Of a DNA stretch of 64,000 nt, positions 9,883 through 23,459 are shown piece after piece. The notes beneath the pieces are model-generated. The model did no database searches. It was not told the DNA's origin and was given only the letters and a program-made list of their open reading frames with translations. This stretch comes from Desulfuromonadales bacterium. Its GTDB lineage: Bacteria > Desulfobacterota > Desulfuromonadia > Desulfuromonadales > SZUA-540. The stretch lies in NCBI GenBank assembly GCA_033549025.1, contig JAWSUS010000009.1, positions 1-64,000 of the forward strand. The letters run 5' to 3'. The number at the start of each line of letters is the position of its first letter. Position 1 is the first letter of the stretch. A program made the translations under genes and the position numbers.

Positions 9883-10323
9883 TCAGCGCAAATCGCCGCT
9901 GAGTTGCTGCAGATTGTTCTTCTCCTGCCGGGCCAGGTCGGCGAAGGTATAGCTTTTGAGTACGGCAATCATCCTTTCCTGAACTTCGTGCCAGGCGCCA
10001 TGAACGGGGCAGAAGACGTCGCGGGAACAGGCCCCGTTCTTTTCCAGACAGAGATTTAGGTGCAAGGGACCCTCTTCGGCCTCGACGATGTCCAGCAGGC
10101 TGACCTGGGTGGGGTCCTTGGCCAAAAAGAAACCGCCGCCGACCCCCCGCTGTGAGCCGACGATGCCCGCCTTGATGAGAGGCTGCAGAACTTTGGTGAG
10201 GAAGGCCGGCGTGATATCCTGCGTCTGGCAGATATCCTTTTTGTAGACGATCTCCCCCTCGGGCTGTTTGGCCAGAAAAAGCAGGGCTCTGATAGCGTAC
10301 TCGGTGGCGCGGGTGATAACCAA
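9883..10323 (-). CDS. Rrf2 family transcriptional regulator (3 Cys, probable Fe-S)
   Basis: TEYAIRAL, SQRGVGGGF, C-x6-C-x5-C; TTG start after GGAGG. Confidence 0.9.
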   Translation of the reverse strand: MVITRATEYAIRALLFLAKQPEGEIVYKKDICQTQDITPAFLTKVLQPLIKAGIVGSQRGVGGGFFLAKDPTQVSLLDIVEAEEGPLHLNLCLEKNGACSRDVFCPVHGAWHEVQERMIAVLKSYTFADLARQEKNNLQQLSGDLR

Positions 10324-10340
10324 AATGGGACCTCCTATTG

Positions 10341-10357
10341 ATAACCGTATGGGTTAT
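10341..10357. promoter_or_regulatory. palindromic operator candidate (Rrf2 autoregulation)
   Basis: ATAACC-N5-GGTTAT between the minus-strand promoter (TTGACA at 10385-10380) and the Rrf2 RBS. Confidence 0.4.
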
Positions 10358-10476
10358 GGATACCTGCCGGATGGTTTTTTGTCAATGGCAAAGGCCTGTC
10401 TTATCGCAAAAGACGATCGCTTGACAGAGCGCTGGTGCGCGGGCATCATCTATTCCTGATGCGTGGTGATGTGATC

Positions 10477-11391
10477 ATGAACCCTGAAAAAAGCCAGCGG
10501 ACCGTCGGCCGCTTTGCCCCCAGTCCCACCGGTCCTCTGCACTTCGGCTCCCTGGTGGCGGCTGTCGGCAGCTACTGCCTGGCCCGCCGGGAGCACGGCA
10601 AATGGCTGGTGCGGATCGAGGATCTGGACCAGCCTCGGGTGATGGCGGGAGCCGCCGATCTCATTCTGTCGACCCTGGAGGAGTTCGGCTTCGAATGGGA
10701 TGAAGCGCCTCTTTACCAGAGCCGGCGTATTGCCCGCTACGAAGAGGTACTGAGCCATCTCAACGAGGACGGCCATATCTTTCCCTGTGCCTGTTCGCGG
10801 CGGGAGGTTCTGGCCAGCGCGCCCCATCCGGGCGAGGAAGGGCCGGTCTATGCGGGGACTTGTCGTCAGGGGCTTCCCCCCGGGCGGTCGCCCCGTTCCC
10901 TGCGCCTGCGAGTACCTGCTGGGCCCCGGCTGTTTGTCGACGGTATCTTCGGCCCGGTGGAACAATGTCTGGCCAGTGCCGTCGGTGATTTTGTCCTGCG
11001 CCGGGCCGACGGGCTTTTTGCCTATCAGCTGGCTGTGGTGGTCGACGACGCCGATAGCGGCGTCAACCAGGTGGTGCGCGGCGCGGACCTGCTTCATTCC
11101 ACCCCCCGACAGATTTATCTCTATGCCTGCCTGGGCTGGCCGGTGCCCCGCTACATCCATTTGCCGCTGGCGCTGGATGCCGCCGGCGACAAAATCAGCA
11201 AGCGGCAGGGTGAGGTGTCCGCTCCCCGTGAGGGCGAAAGCGGCCGGTTGCTCGCCCAGGCTCTGCGCTTTCTGGGGCAGGCGGTGCCGTCCGAACTGGT
11301 AGAGGCACCGCCCGGGGAAATCCTGCGCTGGGGTGTGGAGCATTTTCGTCTGGAGGCTGTCCCCCGCGAGAATCGTATGGCCGGTGTCTGA
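10477..11391 (+). CDS. gluQ: glutamyl-Q tRNA(Asp) synthetase
   Basis: GRFAPSPTGPLHFGSL, CACSRR, YQLAVVVDD, KISK; no anticodon-binding domain. Confidence 0.92.
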   Translation: MNPEKSQRTVGRFAPSPTGPLHFGSLVAAVGSYCLARREHGKWLVRIEDLDQPRVMAGAADLILSTLEEFGFEWDEAPLYQSRRIARYEEVLSHLNEDGHIFPCACSRREVLASAPHPGEEGPVYAGTCRQGLPPGRSPRSLRLRVPAGPRLFVDGIFGPVEQCLASAVGDFVLRRADGLFAYQLAVVVDDADSGVNQVVRGADLLHSTPRQIYLYACLGWPVPRYIHLPLALDAAGDKISKRQGEVSAPREGESGRLLAQALRFLGQAVPSELVEAPPGEILRWGVEHFRLEAVPRENRMAGV

Positions 11392-11486
11392 CCGGGTGGC
11401 GGGCATTGCTGCCGGGAGTGTCTGCCGCTGAAGGTGTTTGTCAGCCCGGGTTAAAACTGAAGAAGAGGAAAGAAGGGAGGAAGACC

Positions 11487-12314
11487 ATGCGCAGGATATC
11501 TCTGTTGTTGATCTTTGTACTGCTGGCTGGCTGCAGCGGCAGTTATTTCAAGGTGCCCAAGGAGGAATATCAGGCCCGCGTCCGTACGCTCGGCGTCCTG
11601 CCGCTGCTGGTGGACGAAAAGGCTTCACTGGGTCATCCCGATGAGAGCCTTATCTTCGAAGTGCTTCAGCGCGAGAATGCCGGCAAGGAGCAGCTTCTCG
11701 TCGAGGAACTGCGTGCCCAGAAGGGTTATTTTGATGTGCGGCGCCTTGGCGGTCATCCGCAGGATCTTGTTTATGGCCTGGTGCGCGGCAGCTCCCTGGG
11801 CGGCGAGGGTGAAACGCTCTATCGGCGCTACGCTTTCAATGCCGAGGCCGTCAGAAACCTGACGGACGGGCATGTGGTGGATGGCCTGCTGGTAGTCATT
11901 CTCAATGGTCTGCAGAGGCCGGAAAAACGCTGGGACCGCACCCGCCTAAGGTATCTGGAGGCAGACTACAGTGCCATTCAAGTCACCGCCGCCGTCGTCA
12001 CCCCGACGGGTGAGGTGGTCTGGGAATATCCGAGCCCACCGGGGAGCGAATTTCTGCTTCTGCAGTATCCGGATTTTGACGAGGCCCATTACAACCGGGC
12101 CGAGGCGGTCGCCATCAAGGACATTTCGGTACAAGGTTTGCGGCGCGCCTTACAGGAGCGGACGAGAGGGCTGCTGGGCCAAGAGAAGGAGCCCGATCTC
12201 TATAGGAAACTCTTCAGCGATCTGGCCGCTCAGCTGCAGCCGGCCACCTTCCAGCTGCCGGGGAAGACTCCGGCTGCCGCTGCCGGCACGGAGGAAAAGG
12301 AACCTCGTCCCTAG
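11487..12314 (+). CDS. hypothetical lipoprotein
   Basis: MRRISLLLIFVLLAGC lipobox; GGAGG RBS before ATG 11487. Confidence 0.75.
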   Translation: MRRISLLLIFVLLAGCSGSYFKVPKEEYQARVRTLGVLPLLVDEKASLGHPDESLIFEVLQRENAGKEQLLVEELRAQKGYFDVRRLGGHPQDLVYGLVRGSSLGGEGETLYRRYAFNAEAVRNLTDGHVVDGLLVVILNGLQRPEKRWDRTRLRYLEADYSAIQVTAAVVTPTGEVVWEYPSPPGSEFLLLQYPDFDEAHYNRAEAVAIKDISVQGLRRALQERTRGLLGQEKEPDLYRKLFSDLAAQLQPATFQLPGKTPAAAAGTEEKEPRP

Positions 12315-12731
12315 TTGAAAACACCCGGGAGCCCGCCGGGTTCCCGGGTGAGACACGGAAAAGTGACGAATGAGTATTGACATCATCAGGTAAAGATAGT
12401 AGATAGTTTGAGCAAGTTTATCCATCTAGTCTCCCCAGGTTCGCCTTTATTTCGATTTTTCACTCCGTCGGGACAGCCAGGTAAGCGGCATTTTTCATAT
12501 AAAAAGAGGTCTGCTTCGTCCAAATCCTGAGTGTGGACACCCAGCTTTGTGGAATCCTTGACGGGAGGTCCTGTCGTTCCATCCTTTTTCCCATACCATT
12601 CCTTATAAAAAAGCTAATCCATAGATTGAAAATTACATATTTCAAACATGCTTATGCCAGTGGTGCGTTGCGGGGCCTTTCCTTTTGAAGGCGCTGCTAT
12701 CTGCCGTGCGCGGTAGTCTCAAGGAGAAAAA

Positions 12732-13979
<1,248 letters not shown>

Positions 13980-14095
13980 CCGGCTCGACAAGAAAGCGCT
14001 TGCATGGGCGGGGGTAAAAATGGTATGTACTCTCTTTGCCCGAAAAGCACGAAAAATACCGGCCTGTACAAAGCCAGGCTCCAAGGAGAAAAGAC

Positions 14096-14299
14096 ATGAA
14101 AGACGGAATTCACCCCAAGTACGAAGCCGTGACGGTCAAGTGTCACTGCGGCAACACCTTCGAAACCCGCTCCACCCGCACGGACGAGATCGTCACCGAG
14201 ATCTGCTCGGCCTGCCATCCCTTCTATACCGGTAAGCAGAAGCTGATCGATACCGCCGGCCGCATCGATCGTTTCCGCAAGAAGTACGGCCAAAAGTAG
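14096..14299 (+). CDS. rpmE: 50S ribosomal protein L31 (Zn-binding type)
   Basis: [13 protein letters not shown]...[13 protein letters not shown]. Confidence 0.97.
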   Translation: MKDGIHPKYEAVTVKCHCGNTFETRSTRTDEIVTEICSACHPFYTGKQKLIDTAGRIDRFRKKYGQK

Positions 14300-14306
14300 T
14301 CTGCAG

Positions 14307-14337
14307 GAGACGGCCCTCCAGGGCCGTTTCTTTTTTT
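14307..14337 (+). terminator. intrinsic terminator after rpmE
   Basis: gacggccct/agggccgtt stem followed by T-tract. Confidence 0.75.
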
Positions 14338-14455
14338 CGGACCGGGTGGAAATCCATCCGGTCTGTTGTCGTTTTTTCGCCACCATTCTGTGCGCTTGGA
14401 ACTCCCCGTCCCTGGCTGTCACTGGCATCGGGCGCGGCGGGGATGTTGAGGGATT

Positions 14456-15142
14456 ATGCTCGTCCAGCTGTTAACCCACACGCCTGAACCGGAACAGGTG
14501 GTCGCCGCGGCGGCCCGCTTGTGTTATTCGGCCTCATCCGTCGCGGATCTGATGGAGAAGAGCCGCCACGACCGCGACGGTCTGTTGCGAAAAATTCTTT
14601 CCCTCGGTCATTATTCGGTCCTTGAGCACGTGTCTTTCACCTTCGGCGTGGAGGGCATCAGTCGCGCCTGCTCCCACCAGCTCGTCCGCCACCGCCTGGC
14701 CTCCTACTCCCAGCAGAGCCAGCGCTACGTGTCCCATGAAAAGCGCTTCGACGCCGTCACGCCTGCCACCATTGCCGCCCAACCCGAACTGTGTCAGCGA
14801 TACGAGGCCCTGCTGGAAGAGACGCATCGGGTCTACTGCGAGCTGCTTGCGGCCGGTATTCCGGCCGAGGACGCGCGTTTCGTACTGCCCAACGCGGCGG
14901 AAACCAAAATCGTGCTGACCATGAACGCCCGCGAGTTGCTGCACTTTTTCGAGCTCCGCTGCTGCCGTCGGGCCCAGTGGGAGATTCGGCTCATGGCTAT
15001 CGACATGCTGCGGCTCGCCCGTCAGGCCGCCCCGCTGCTCTTTGCCAAGGCCGGGCCAGGATGCCTGCAGGGTCCCTGTCCCGAGGGGAGCATGACCTGC
15101 GGCGAGATCACGGCCGTTCGCCAGGAATTCGAAGCCCTGTAA
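14456..15142 (+). CDS. thyX: FAD-dependent thymidylate synthase
   Basis: [14 protein letters not shown] motif, [15 protein letters not shown]. Confidence 0.95.
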   Translation: MLVQLLTHTPEPEQVVAAAARLCYSASSVADLMEKSRHDRDGLLRKILSLGHYSVLEHVSFTFGVEGISRACSHQLVRHRLASYSQQSQRYVSHEKRFDAVTPATIAAQPELCQRYEALLEETHRVYCELLAAGIPAEDARFVLPNAAETKIVLTMNARELLHFFELRCCRRAQWEIRLMAIDMLRLARQAAPLLFAKAGPGCLQGPCPEGSMTCGEITAVRQEFEAL

Positions 15143-15191
15143 CCCCCGCGGCCCGGGGCCTGTCATCACGCGCAAGGGCTGTCAGGATACG

Positions 15192-16259
15192 ATGTTTACC
15201 AAACTCGAAGAAGTGGTCGATCGATTTCAGGAAGTGGAGGGGCTGCTCTCCGATCCTTCCGTCATGGCCAATCAGGAGAAATTCCGGCAGCTCACCAAGG
15301 AGCACGCCGATCTTTCCGAACTGGTCGAAGTCTATCGCGAATACAAGAAGGTGACCGAAGAGATTGCGGGAAACCGTGAGCTGCTGCGGGACGCCGATAC
15401 CGACCTGCGTGAAATGGCCCAGGCCGAACTGCCTGAACTGGAAGACCGGCGCGACGCCCTGGACCAGCAGCTGATGGTTCTGCTGTTGCCCAAAGATCCC
15501 CGGGACGAGAAGAACGTCATCCTGGAGATTCGTGCCGGTACGGGTGGCGACGAGGCGGCGCTTTTTGCCGGCGACCTTTTCCGCATGTACTGCCGCTACG
15601 CTGACGAAAAAGGCTGGCGGGTGGAAATCATGAGCGAGAGCGAGTCGGAGGCCGGCGGCTTCAAAGAGGTCATCGCCATGATCAGCGGCCAGCGCGTCTA
15701 TTCGCGACTCAAATATGAGAGCGGGACCCACCGCGTACAGCGGGTGCCTGAAACGGAGGCCCAGGGACGCATTCATACTTCCGCCTGCACGGTGGCGGTG
15801 CTGCCTGAAGCCGAAGACGTCGATCTCGACATCGACCCCAGCGATCTGCGCATCGACGTCTATCGCGCCTCTGGCGCGGGAGGACAGCATGTCAACAAGA
15901 CGGAATCGGCCGTGCGCATTACCCATATCCCCACGGGGGTAGTGGTCGCCTGCCAGGACGAGAAGTCCCAGCACAAGAACAAGGCCAAGGCGATGAAAGT
16001 GCTCAAATCGCGGATTCTGGATGCCAGGCAGGCCGAGCAGGATGCCAAAATGGCGGCGGACCGCAAGAGCCAGGTCGGCAGCGGCGACCGCAGTGAGCGC
16101 ATCCGCACCTACAACTTTCCGCAGGGGCGCTGCACCGATCACCGCATCGGCCTCACCCTCTACCGCCTGGACGCCATCATGCAGGGCGATCTCGACGAGG
16201 TTGTCGATGCCCTCAGTGCCCATTACCAGGCGGCAGGCATGGCCAACCAGGAGGGCTGA
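15192..16259 (+). CDS. prfA: peptide chain release factor 1
   Basis: GGQ motif, PET (PxT) peptide anticodon, RIRTYNFPQ. Confidence 0.97.
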   Translation: MFTKLEEVVDRFQEVEGLLSDPSVMANQEKFRQLTKEHADLSELVEVYREYKKVTEEIAGNRELLRDADTDLREMAQAELPELEDRRDALDQQLMVLLLPKDPRDEKNVILEIRAGTGGDEAALFAGDLFRMYCRYADEKGWRVEIMSESESEAGGFKEVIAMISGQRVYSRLKYESGTHRVQRVPETEAQGRIHTSACTVAVLPEAEDVDLDIDPSDLRIDVYRASGAGGQHVNKTESAVRITHIPTGVVVACQDEKSQHKNKAKAMKVLKSRILDARQAEQDAKMAADRKSQVGSGDRSERIRTYNFPQGRCTDHRIGLTLYRLDAIMQGDLDEVVDALSAHYQAAGMANQEG

Positions 16260-16261
16260 TC

Positions 16262-17110
16262 TTGTCCGAAACCTGGACGGTGCTCAAGGTGCTGCAGTGG
16301 ACGGCAAACTATCTGCAGCAGGCCGGCGTGGAAAACGGTCGTCTCGACGGCGAACTGCTTCTGGCCGCCACGCTGGGGCTGGATCGGGTCGGTTTGTATC
16401 TCAATTACGATCGCCCCATGGCGCCGGCAGAGCTGGAAGGTTTCCGTGAGTTCGTCAAGCGGCGGGCGCGGCGCGAGCCCCTGCAGTATATTCTGGGCAC
16501 GACGGAGTTCTGGTCGCTGCCTTTCAAGGTGACGCCGGCGGTGCTTATCCCCCGGGCCGATACCGAGATTCTGGTGGAAGAGGCCCTGAAAAGGGCGGAT
16601 GGAGCCAGCACGATTCTCGATGTGGGAACCGGCAGCGGCGCCATTGCCGTGGCCCTGGCCCATGAATTGTCGGCCGCCCAGGTGGTGGCGGTGGACTGCA
16701 GCGCGGAGGCGCTGGCCGTCGCCCGGGACAATGCCGCTCTCAACGGAGTGGACGGTCGCATATCCTTTCAGGAGGGCGACCTTTTTGCCCTGGAGTCCGT
16801 TGAGTACGATTTGGTGCTCTCCAATCCGCCCTATATTCCGGTGGCGGATATCCCAACCCTGATGCCGGAGGTGCGGGATCATGAGCCCCGGGGCGCCCTC
16901 GTCGGCGGGGAGGACGGCCTCGAGGCCTATCGGGCTCTGGCCCGGCAGGCGCCGACCTTGCTCAGGGCACAGGGCTGGCTTCTGGTGGAAGTCGGTATCG
17001 GTCAGGCCGAGGCGGTCGCCGAATTGCTGGAGACAGAGGGACTGCGCCATATTTCGGTGCGCGCCGACTATGCCGGCATCCCCAGGGTGGTCGCCGGCCA
17101 AAAACCTTAA
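16262..17110 (+). CDS. prmC: release factor glutamine methyltransferase
   Basis: [27 protein letters not shown]; follows prfA. Confidence 0.95.
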   Translation: MSETWTVLKVLQWTANYLQQAGVENGRLDGELLLAATLGLDRVGLYLNYDRPMAPAELEGFREFVKRRARREPLQYILGTTEFWSLPFKVTPAVLIPRADTEILVEEALKRADGASTILDVGTGSGAIAVALAHELSAAQVVAVDCSAEALAVARDNAALNGVDGRISFQEGDLFALESVEYDLVLSNPPYIPVADIPTLMPEVRDHEPRGALVGGEDGLEAYRALARQAPTLLRAQGWLLVEVGIGQAEAVAELLETEGLRHISVRADYAGIPRVVAGQKP

Positions 17111-17171
17111 GCTTTTGCACCGCACAGCCGTAAGTCGGTTGGCGGGATATCAACAGGGACGGAAACAGACG

Positions 17172-18425
<1,254 letters not shown>

Positions 18426-18469
18426 CGGACGGCTTTTCTGGCCGTTTCTTTTTCAAGACAGGGTTGATT

Positions 18470-19132
18470 ATGAGCGACACCATCACCTTTGCCCTGCCCA
18501 AAGGGCGCATCATGAAAGACTCCATGGCTCTTTTCTCCCAGATCGGCATTACCTGCCCGGAGATGGAGGAGGGGAGCCGCAAGCTGATTTTCGAGAACCG
18601 GGAGAGCCGATTCCGGTTCATGGCCGTGCGGGCGACGGACGTTCCCACCTACGTGGAATATGGCTGTGCCGATGTCGGCGTGGTCGGCAAGGACACCCTG
18701 CTGGAGCAGGGTAAGGACCTTTACGAGCCCCTCGATCTCAAGTTTGGCTACTGCCGCATGGTGGTGGCGGAGCCGAAGGAGCTGCAGCGCGAGGACGATC
18801 CGGCCAACTGGTCCAATATCCGGGTGGCCACCAAGTATCCCAACATCACCGAGCGCTATTTCGCGTCCAAGGGGGTGCAGGTCGAGCTGATCAAGCTGTA
18901 CGGGTCCATTGAACTGGCGCCTCTGGTGGGGCTGTCCGAGCGCATTGTCGACCTGGTCTCCACGGGGGCGACCCTGCGCGAGAACGGTATGGTGGAGGTG
19001 GAAACCATCGCCGAAATCACGACGCGTCTGATCGTCAATCGCGCCAGCCTCAAGACCAAGCACCAGCGCATTACGCAGATTATCGAGGGTCTGGAGAAAA
19101 TCATCGGCGACGAAGCCCGTATTTCGCTGTAA
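18470..19132 (+). CDS. hisG: ATP phosphoribosyltransferase, short form
   Basis: ALPKGRI, VATKYP, GSIELAPLVGL, STGATLRENG; lacks C-terminal regulatory domain. Confidence 0.95.
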   Translation: MSDTITFALPKGRIMKDSMALFSQIGITCPEMEEGSRKLIFENRESRFRFMAVRATDVPTYVEYGCADVGVVGKDTLLEQGKDLYEPLDLKFGYCRMVVAEPKELQREDDPANWSNIRVATKYPNITERYFASKGVQVELIKLYGSIELAPLVGLSERIVDLVSTGATLRENGMVEVETIAEITTRLIVNRASLKTKHQRITQIIEGLEKIIGDEARISL

Positions 19133-19164
19133 AGCGGCCGATAGCCTGTCAGGGAGAGTTTAGC

Positions 19165-20454
19165 ATGCAGATGTTGCGATTCAGCGATGCCGATTTCACG
19201 GCATCCTTCCAAGCCATTCTTGACCGGGGCGAGTCGACCCAGGCGGATGTCGAAAAGGTCGTGGCCGACATCATTGCCGATGTCCGTCAGCGTGGGGATA
19301 AGGCCCTGTTCGACTACACGTCCCGCTTTGACCGTCTGGAACTGAGTGCGGCCACCCTGGAGGTGAGCCCCGAGGAGATCGAGGCCGCCATGGCGTCCGT
19401 CAGTGCCGAGTCCCTGCGGGCGCTGCAGCTGGCGACGGAGCGCATCGCCGCTTTCCACCGCAAGCAGAAGACGGAGACCTGGCTCTCCACCGAAGAGGAG
19501 GACGTCCTCCTCGGGCAGATGGTGCGGCCTCTGGATCGGGTGGGGATTTACGTTCCCGGCGGCAAGGCGGCGTATCCTTCCTCGGTGCTGATGAATGCCG
19601 TGCCCGCCAAGGTGGCCGGTGTGGCCGAGGTCATCATGGTCGTGCCCATGCCGGGCGGGGAGGTCAACCCCCATGTGCTGGCGGCGGCCAAGCTGGCCGG
19701 CGTCGATCGCATTTTCAAAGTCGGCGGCGCCCAGGCCGTGGCCGCGCTGGCCTACGGGACCGAAACGGTTCCCCGCGTCGACAAGATCACCGGGCCGGGC
19801 AACATCTATGTGGCCACGGCCAAACGCCAGGTTTTCGGCCGGGTCGATATCGACATGATCGCCGGGCCCAGTGAGATTCTGGTCATCAACGACGGTTCGG
19901 GCGACCCGGCCCATATCGCCGCCGATCTCCTCTCCCAGGCCGAACACGACGAGCTGGCCTCCTCCATCCTCATCACCACGGATGAGGCTTTTGCCGGTCG
20001 CGTGCGCGATGAGGTGGAAATCCAGCTGCGCCAGCTCTCCCGCGAGTCCATCGCCCGCCGGTCCATCGACGACTTCGGCGCCATCATTCTGGCGGAGACC
20101 GTGCAGGAAGCCATCGAGTTCAGCAACCGCATCGCCCCCGAGCACCTGGAGCTGGCTGTTGACAATCCCTTCGAGATCCTCCCCCGCATCCGTCATGCCG
20201 GGGCGATCTTTCTCGGCCATCACACCCCCGAGGCTGCCGGCGATTACCTGGCCGGCCCCAACCACACCCTGCCCACCGGCGGAACCGCCCGCTTCTTTTC
20301 TCCTCTGGGTGTAGACGATTTCGTCAAGAAGTCGAGCCTGGTGGCCTTCTCCCGGCAGGGGTTGCAGCGCCTGGGGAACGAAATCGTTCATATTGCCGAA
20401 CTTGAAGGGCTGCAGGCCCACGCCCGTTCGGTCTCCATCCGTCTGAAGTCATAG
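19165..20454 (+). CDS. hisD: histidinol dehydrogenase
   Basis: [37 protein letters not shown]. Confidence 0.97.
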   Translation: MQMLRFSDADFTASFQAILDRGESTQADVEKVVADIIADVRQRGDKALFDYTSRFDRLELSAATLEVSPEEIEAAMASVSAESLRALQLATERIAAFHRKQKTETWLSTEEEDVLLGQMVRPLDRVGIYVPGGKAAYPSSVLMNAVPAKVAGVAEVIMVVPMPGGEVNPHVLAAAKLAGVDRIFKVGGAQAVAALAYGTETVPRVDKITGPGNIYVATAKRQVFGRVDIDMIAGPSEILVINDGSGDPAHIAADLLSQAEHDELASSILITTDEAFAGRVRDEVEIQLRQLSRESIARRSIDDFGAIILAETVQEAIEFSNRIAPEHLELAVDNPFEILPRIRHAGAIFLGHHTPEAAGDYLAGPNHTLPTGGTARFFSPLGVDDFVKKSSLVAFSRQGLQRLGNEIVHIAELEGLQAHARSVSIRLKS

Positions 20455-20464
20455 GGAGTTGCCC

Positions 20465-21055
20465 ATGTCTCGACCAGCCAGTATCGACCGCCAGACCAAG
20501 GAAACGCAGATTCAGCTGAGCCTGGAAATCGACGGGAAGGGGCAGAGCCAGATCGCCACCCCCGTTCCTTTTCTCGACCACATGCTGACCCTGTTCGCCC
20601 GCCACGGCTTTTTCGACCTGAGCGTGGCGGCCAGGGGGGATATCGAGATCGACGCTCACCACACGGTGGAGGATCTCGGCATCTGCCTGGGCGAGGCTTT
20701 CAAGCAGGCCCTCGGCGACAAGGCGGGCATCCGCCGCTTCGGGCGGGGCACCATGCCCATGCACGAGGCCCTCGCTTCGGTCATTATCGATTTCTCCGGA
20801 CGCCCTTTCCTCGTTTTCAATGTGGACATGCCCAAGGCCCAGATCGGCAACTTCGAGACTGAACTGGTGGAGGAGTTTTTCGTCGCCTTCTGCAATCACG
20901 CCGGTGCCAACGTCCATATCAACCTGGCCTACGGCGACAATCTGCATCACATCATCGAGGCGATCTTCAAGGCCTTCGGCCGCGCCGTCGATGAGGCCAC
21001 CCAACTGGATCCCCGCATCGAAGGGGTCCTCTCGACCAAAGGGAAGCTCGAGTAA
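20465..21055 (+). CDS. hisB: imidazoleglycerol-phosphate dehydratase
   Basis: [23 protein letters not shown]. Confidence 0.96.
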   Translation: MSRPASIDRQTKETQIQLSLEIDGKGQSQIATPVPFLDHMLTLFARHGFFDLSVAARGDIEIDAHHTVEDLGICLGEAFKQALGDKAGIRRFGRGTMPMHEALASVIIDFSGRPFLVFNVDMPKAQIGNFETELVEEFFVAFCNHAGANVHINLAYGDNLHHIIEAIFKAFGRAVDEATQLDPRIEGVLSTKGKLE

Positions 21056-21056
21056 C

Positions 21057-21686
21057 ATGAGCCAGCTCGTCATTATCGATTACGGCATGGGCAATCTGCG
21101 TTCGGCCCAGAAGGGGTTCGAAAAAGTCGGATTCGCCGCCAAGGTGAGCGCCGACCCGGCGGACATCGCTCGCGCCGACAAGGTGGTGCTGCCGGGAGTG
21201 GGCGCCTTTCGCGACTGCATGACCAACCTGCGGGAGGGGGGCTTTGTCGAGCCTCTGCTGGCGCATGTCGCCGCCGGCAAGCCGATGCTCGGCATCTGCG
21301 TCGGTTTGCAGCTCCTCTTCAGCGAAAGCGAGGAATTCGGGCGCCATCAGGGGCTCGGTATCATCCCAGGCAAAGTCGTGCGCTTTCCCGCCGGCATGCG
21401 GGAAGGGGGAGAAGAGCTCAAAGTGCCCCACATGGGCTGGAACAGCCTGTCCTTCACCCAAGAAGCGCCTCTGTTCAAGGGGATCGAAGCGGGGAGTTAC
21501 GTCTACTTCGTCCATTCCTACTATGGGGTCCCCGACGACGCCGCCGTGGTGACGGCAGAGTCGACCTACGGCGACGTGACCTTCTGCGCCGCCCTCAGGA
21601 AGGACAACGTCATGGCCACCCAGTTCCACCCGGAGAAGAGCCAGCAGGTGGGGCTGCGGATCCTGCAGAATTTCGGGGAGATGTAA
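21057..21686 (+). CDS. hisH: IGP synthase glutamine amidotransferase subunit
   Basis: DYGMGNLRS, PGVGAF, GICVG, VPHMGWN, QFHPEKS. Confidence 0.96.
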   Translation: MSQLVIIDYGMGNLRSAQKGFEKVGFAAKVSADPADIARADKVVLPGVGAFRDCMTNLREGGFVEPLLAHVAAGKPMLGICVGLQLLFSESEEFGRHQGLGIIPGKVVRFPAGMREGGEELKVPHMGWNSLSFTQEAPLFKGIEAGSYVYFVHSYYGVPDDAAVVTAESTYGDVTFCAALRKDNVMATQFHPEKSQQVGLRILQNFGEM

Positions 21687-21687
21687 C

Positions 21688-21747
21688 ATCGGCCTCGCGC
21701 CCGCTCCTCGCAGTCGCTAGAGCTCGCGGAGGACACAGAGAAAGACC
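21688..21747 (+). repeat. intergenic palindromic repeat, copy 1
   Basis: atcggcctcgcgcccgctcct..cgctagagctcgcggaggacacagagaaagacc; matches copies at 23376 and (inverted) 24244-24304. Confidence 0.8.
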
Positions 21748-21806
21748 AGGGCTTTTCTTTTCTCATTCCTTTGGGCGCTTTTAACAGATTGTAAAAGGAT
21801 ATTTGC

Positions 21807-22538
21807 ATGCTTGTCATACCCGCTATCGATTTGAAGGAAGGCCGCTGTGTCCGTCTCGAACAGGGCCTCATGGACAAAGATACTGTCTACAGCGACGATC
21901 CGGCCGCCCAGGCGCTCATCTGGCAGGAGCAGGGCGGCGAACTGCTGCATCTCGTCGATCTCGACGGGGCCTTTGCCGGGGTGCCGCGGAACCGCGACGC
22001 CATTCGCGCCATTGTGGAAGCGGTGAGCATTCCCACCGAGCTCGGCGGCGGCATTCGCGACATGGCCACCATTGAAGCCTATATCGATCTTGGCATCGAC
22101 CGGGTGATTCTGGGGACGGTGGCCCAGGAAAATCCGGCCCTGGTCGGCGAAGCCTGCCGTTATTTCCCCGGCAAAATCGTGGTGGGGATCGACGCCAAAG
22201 ATGGCCTCGTGGCCGTGCGGGGCTGGGCCGACGTCACCGAAAAACGGGCCAGCGACCTCGCCCGCGAGATGGAGGATTTCGGGGTGGCAGCCATCATCTA
22301 CACCGACATCGCTCGCGATGGCATGATGCAGGGGCCCAACATCGAGGCCACCCGCCAGCTGGCCGAATCGATCTCCATCCCGGTTATCGCCTCCGGCGGG
22401 GTGTCCAGGCTGCAGGATATCGAGAACCTCATGGCGATCGAAGCTTCGGGGGTGACGGGCGTCATCACCGGCAAGGCCATCTATACCGGCGCTCTTGACC
22501 TGCGGCAAGCCGTGGCGCTGACCCGCGGTCGCGCTTAA
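21807..22538 (+). CDS. hisA: ProFAR isomerase
   Basis: [33 protein letters not shown]. Confidence 0.96.
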   Translation: MLVIPAIDLKEGRCVRLEQGLMDKDTVYSDDPAAQALIWQEQGGELLHLVDLDGAFAGVPRNRDAIRAIVEAVSIPTELGGGIRDMATIEAYIDLGIDRVILGTVAQENPALVGEACRYFPGKIVVGIDAKDGLVAVRGWADVTEKRASDLAREMEDFGVAAIIYTDIARDGMMQGPNIEATRQLAESISIPVIASGGVSRLQDIENLMAIEASGVTGVITGKAIYTGALDLRQAVALTRGRA

Positions 22539-22602
22539 AAAGAACGCCGCTGCCCTTGTAAAGGGCCGGGATCGTACTTATCTTGGACGAAATGGATCCG
22601 CT

Positions 22603-23370
22603 ATGCTGAGCAAACGCATCATTCCCTGTCTGGACGTCAAGGACGGCCGCGTCGTCAAAGGGGTGCAATTTTTAGAGCTGCGCGATGCCGGGGACCCGGT
22701 GGAGGCGGCCGAAGCCTACGATGCGCAGGGGGCCGACGAGCTGACCTTTCTCGATATCACCGCTTCCAGCGACAAGCGCAATATCATCCTCGACGTGGTG
22801 GCCCGCACCGCCGAACGGGTTTTCATGCCCTTGACCGTGGGCGGCGGCGTGCGCGAGATCGCCGATATCCGCAACCTGCTCAACGCCGGTGCCGACAAGG
22901 TGTCCATCAACACGGCGGCGGTGCACCGGCCCGAATTTGTACGGGAAGCCGCCGAGCGGTTTGGCTCCCAGTGCATCGTGGTGGCCATCGATGCCCGCCG
23001 TGTCGACAGCACCGAAGGCATGAAATGGGAAGTCTTCACCCACGGCGGCCGTCACGGCACGGGGATCGACGCCGTGGAGTGGGCGGCCCGCATGGAATCC
23101 TATGGCGCCGGCGAGATTCTGCTGACCTCCATGGACAAGGATGGCACCAAGGACGGCTACGACATTGCCCTGACCCGGACCATCAGCGACCGCGTGAGCA
23201 TCCCGGTCATCGCCTCCGGCGGCGTCGGCAATCTCGAACATATCCGCGAGGGGCTCGTCGAAGGGGGCGCCAGCGCCGCTTTGGCGGCGAGCATCTTCCA
23301 CTTTCGCGAATACACCATCGCCGAATGCAAGGAGTATCTGCGCGAGCATGGGGTGCCGGTGCGTTTGTAA
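22603..23370 (+). CDS. hisF: IGP synthase cyclase subunit
   Basis: [34 protein letters not shown]. Confidence 0.97.
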   Translation: MLSKRIIPCLDVKDGRVVKGVQFLELRDAGDPVEAAEAYDAQGADELTFLDITASSDKRNIILDVVARTAERVFMPLTVGGGVREIADIRNLLNAGADKVSINTAAVHRPEFVREAAERFGSQCIVVAIDARRVDSTEGMKWEVFTHGGRHGTGIDAVEWAARMESYGAGEILLTSMDKDGTKDGYDIALTRTISDRVSIPVIASGGVGNLEHIREGLVEGGASAALAASIFHFREYTIAECKEYLREHGVPVRL

Positions 23371-23375
23371 CCCCG

Positions 23376-23443
23376 ATCGTCTCTCGCCCGCTCCTTGTCG
23401 TCGCTAGAGCTCGCGGAGCACACCGAACGGGCGCGAGGCCGAT
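23376..23443. repeat. intergenic palindromic repeat, copy 2 (left arm plus short inverted arm)
   Basis: atcgtctctcgcccgctccttgtcgtcgctagagctcgcggag...cgggcgcgaggccgat. Confidence 0.8.
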
Positions 23444-23459
23444 TTTAAGGATTGGAAAC

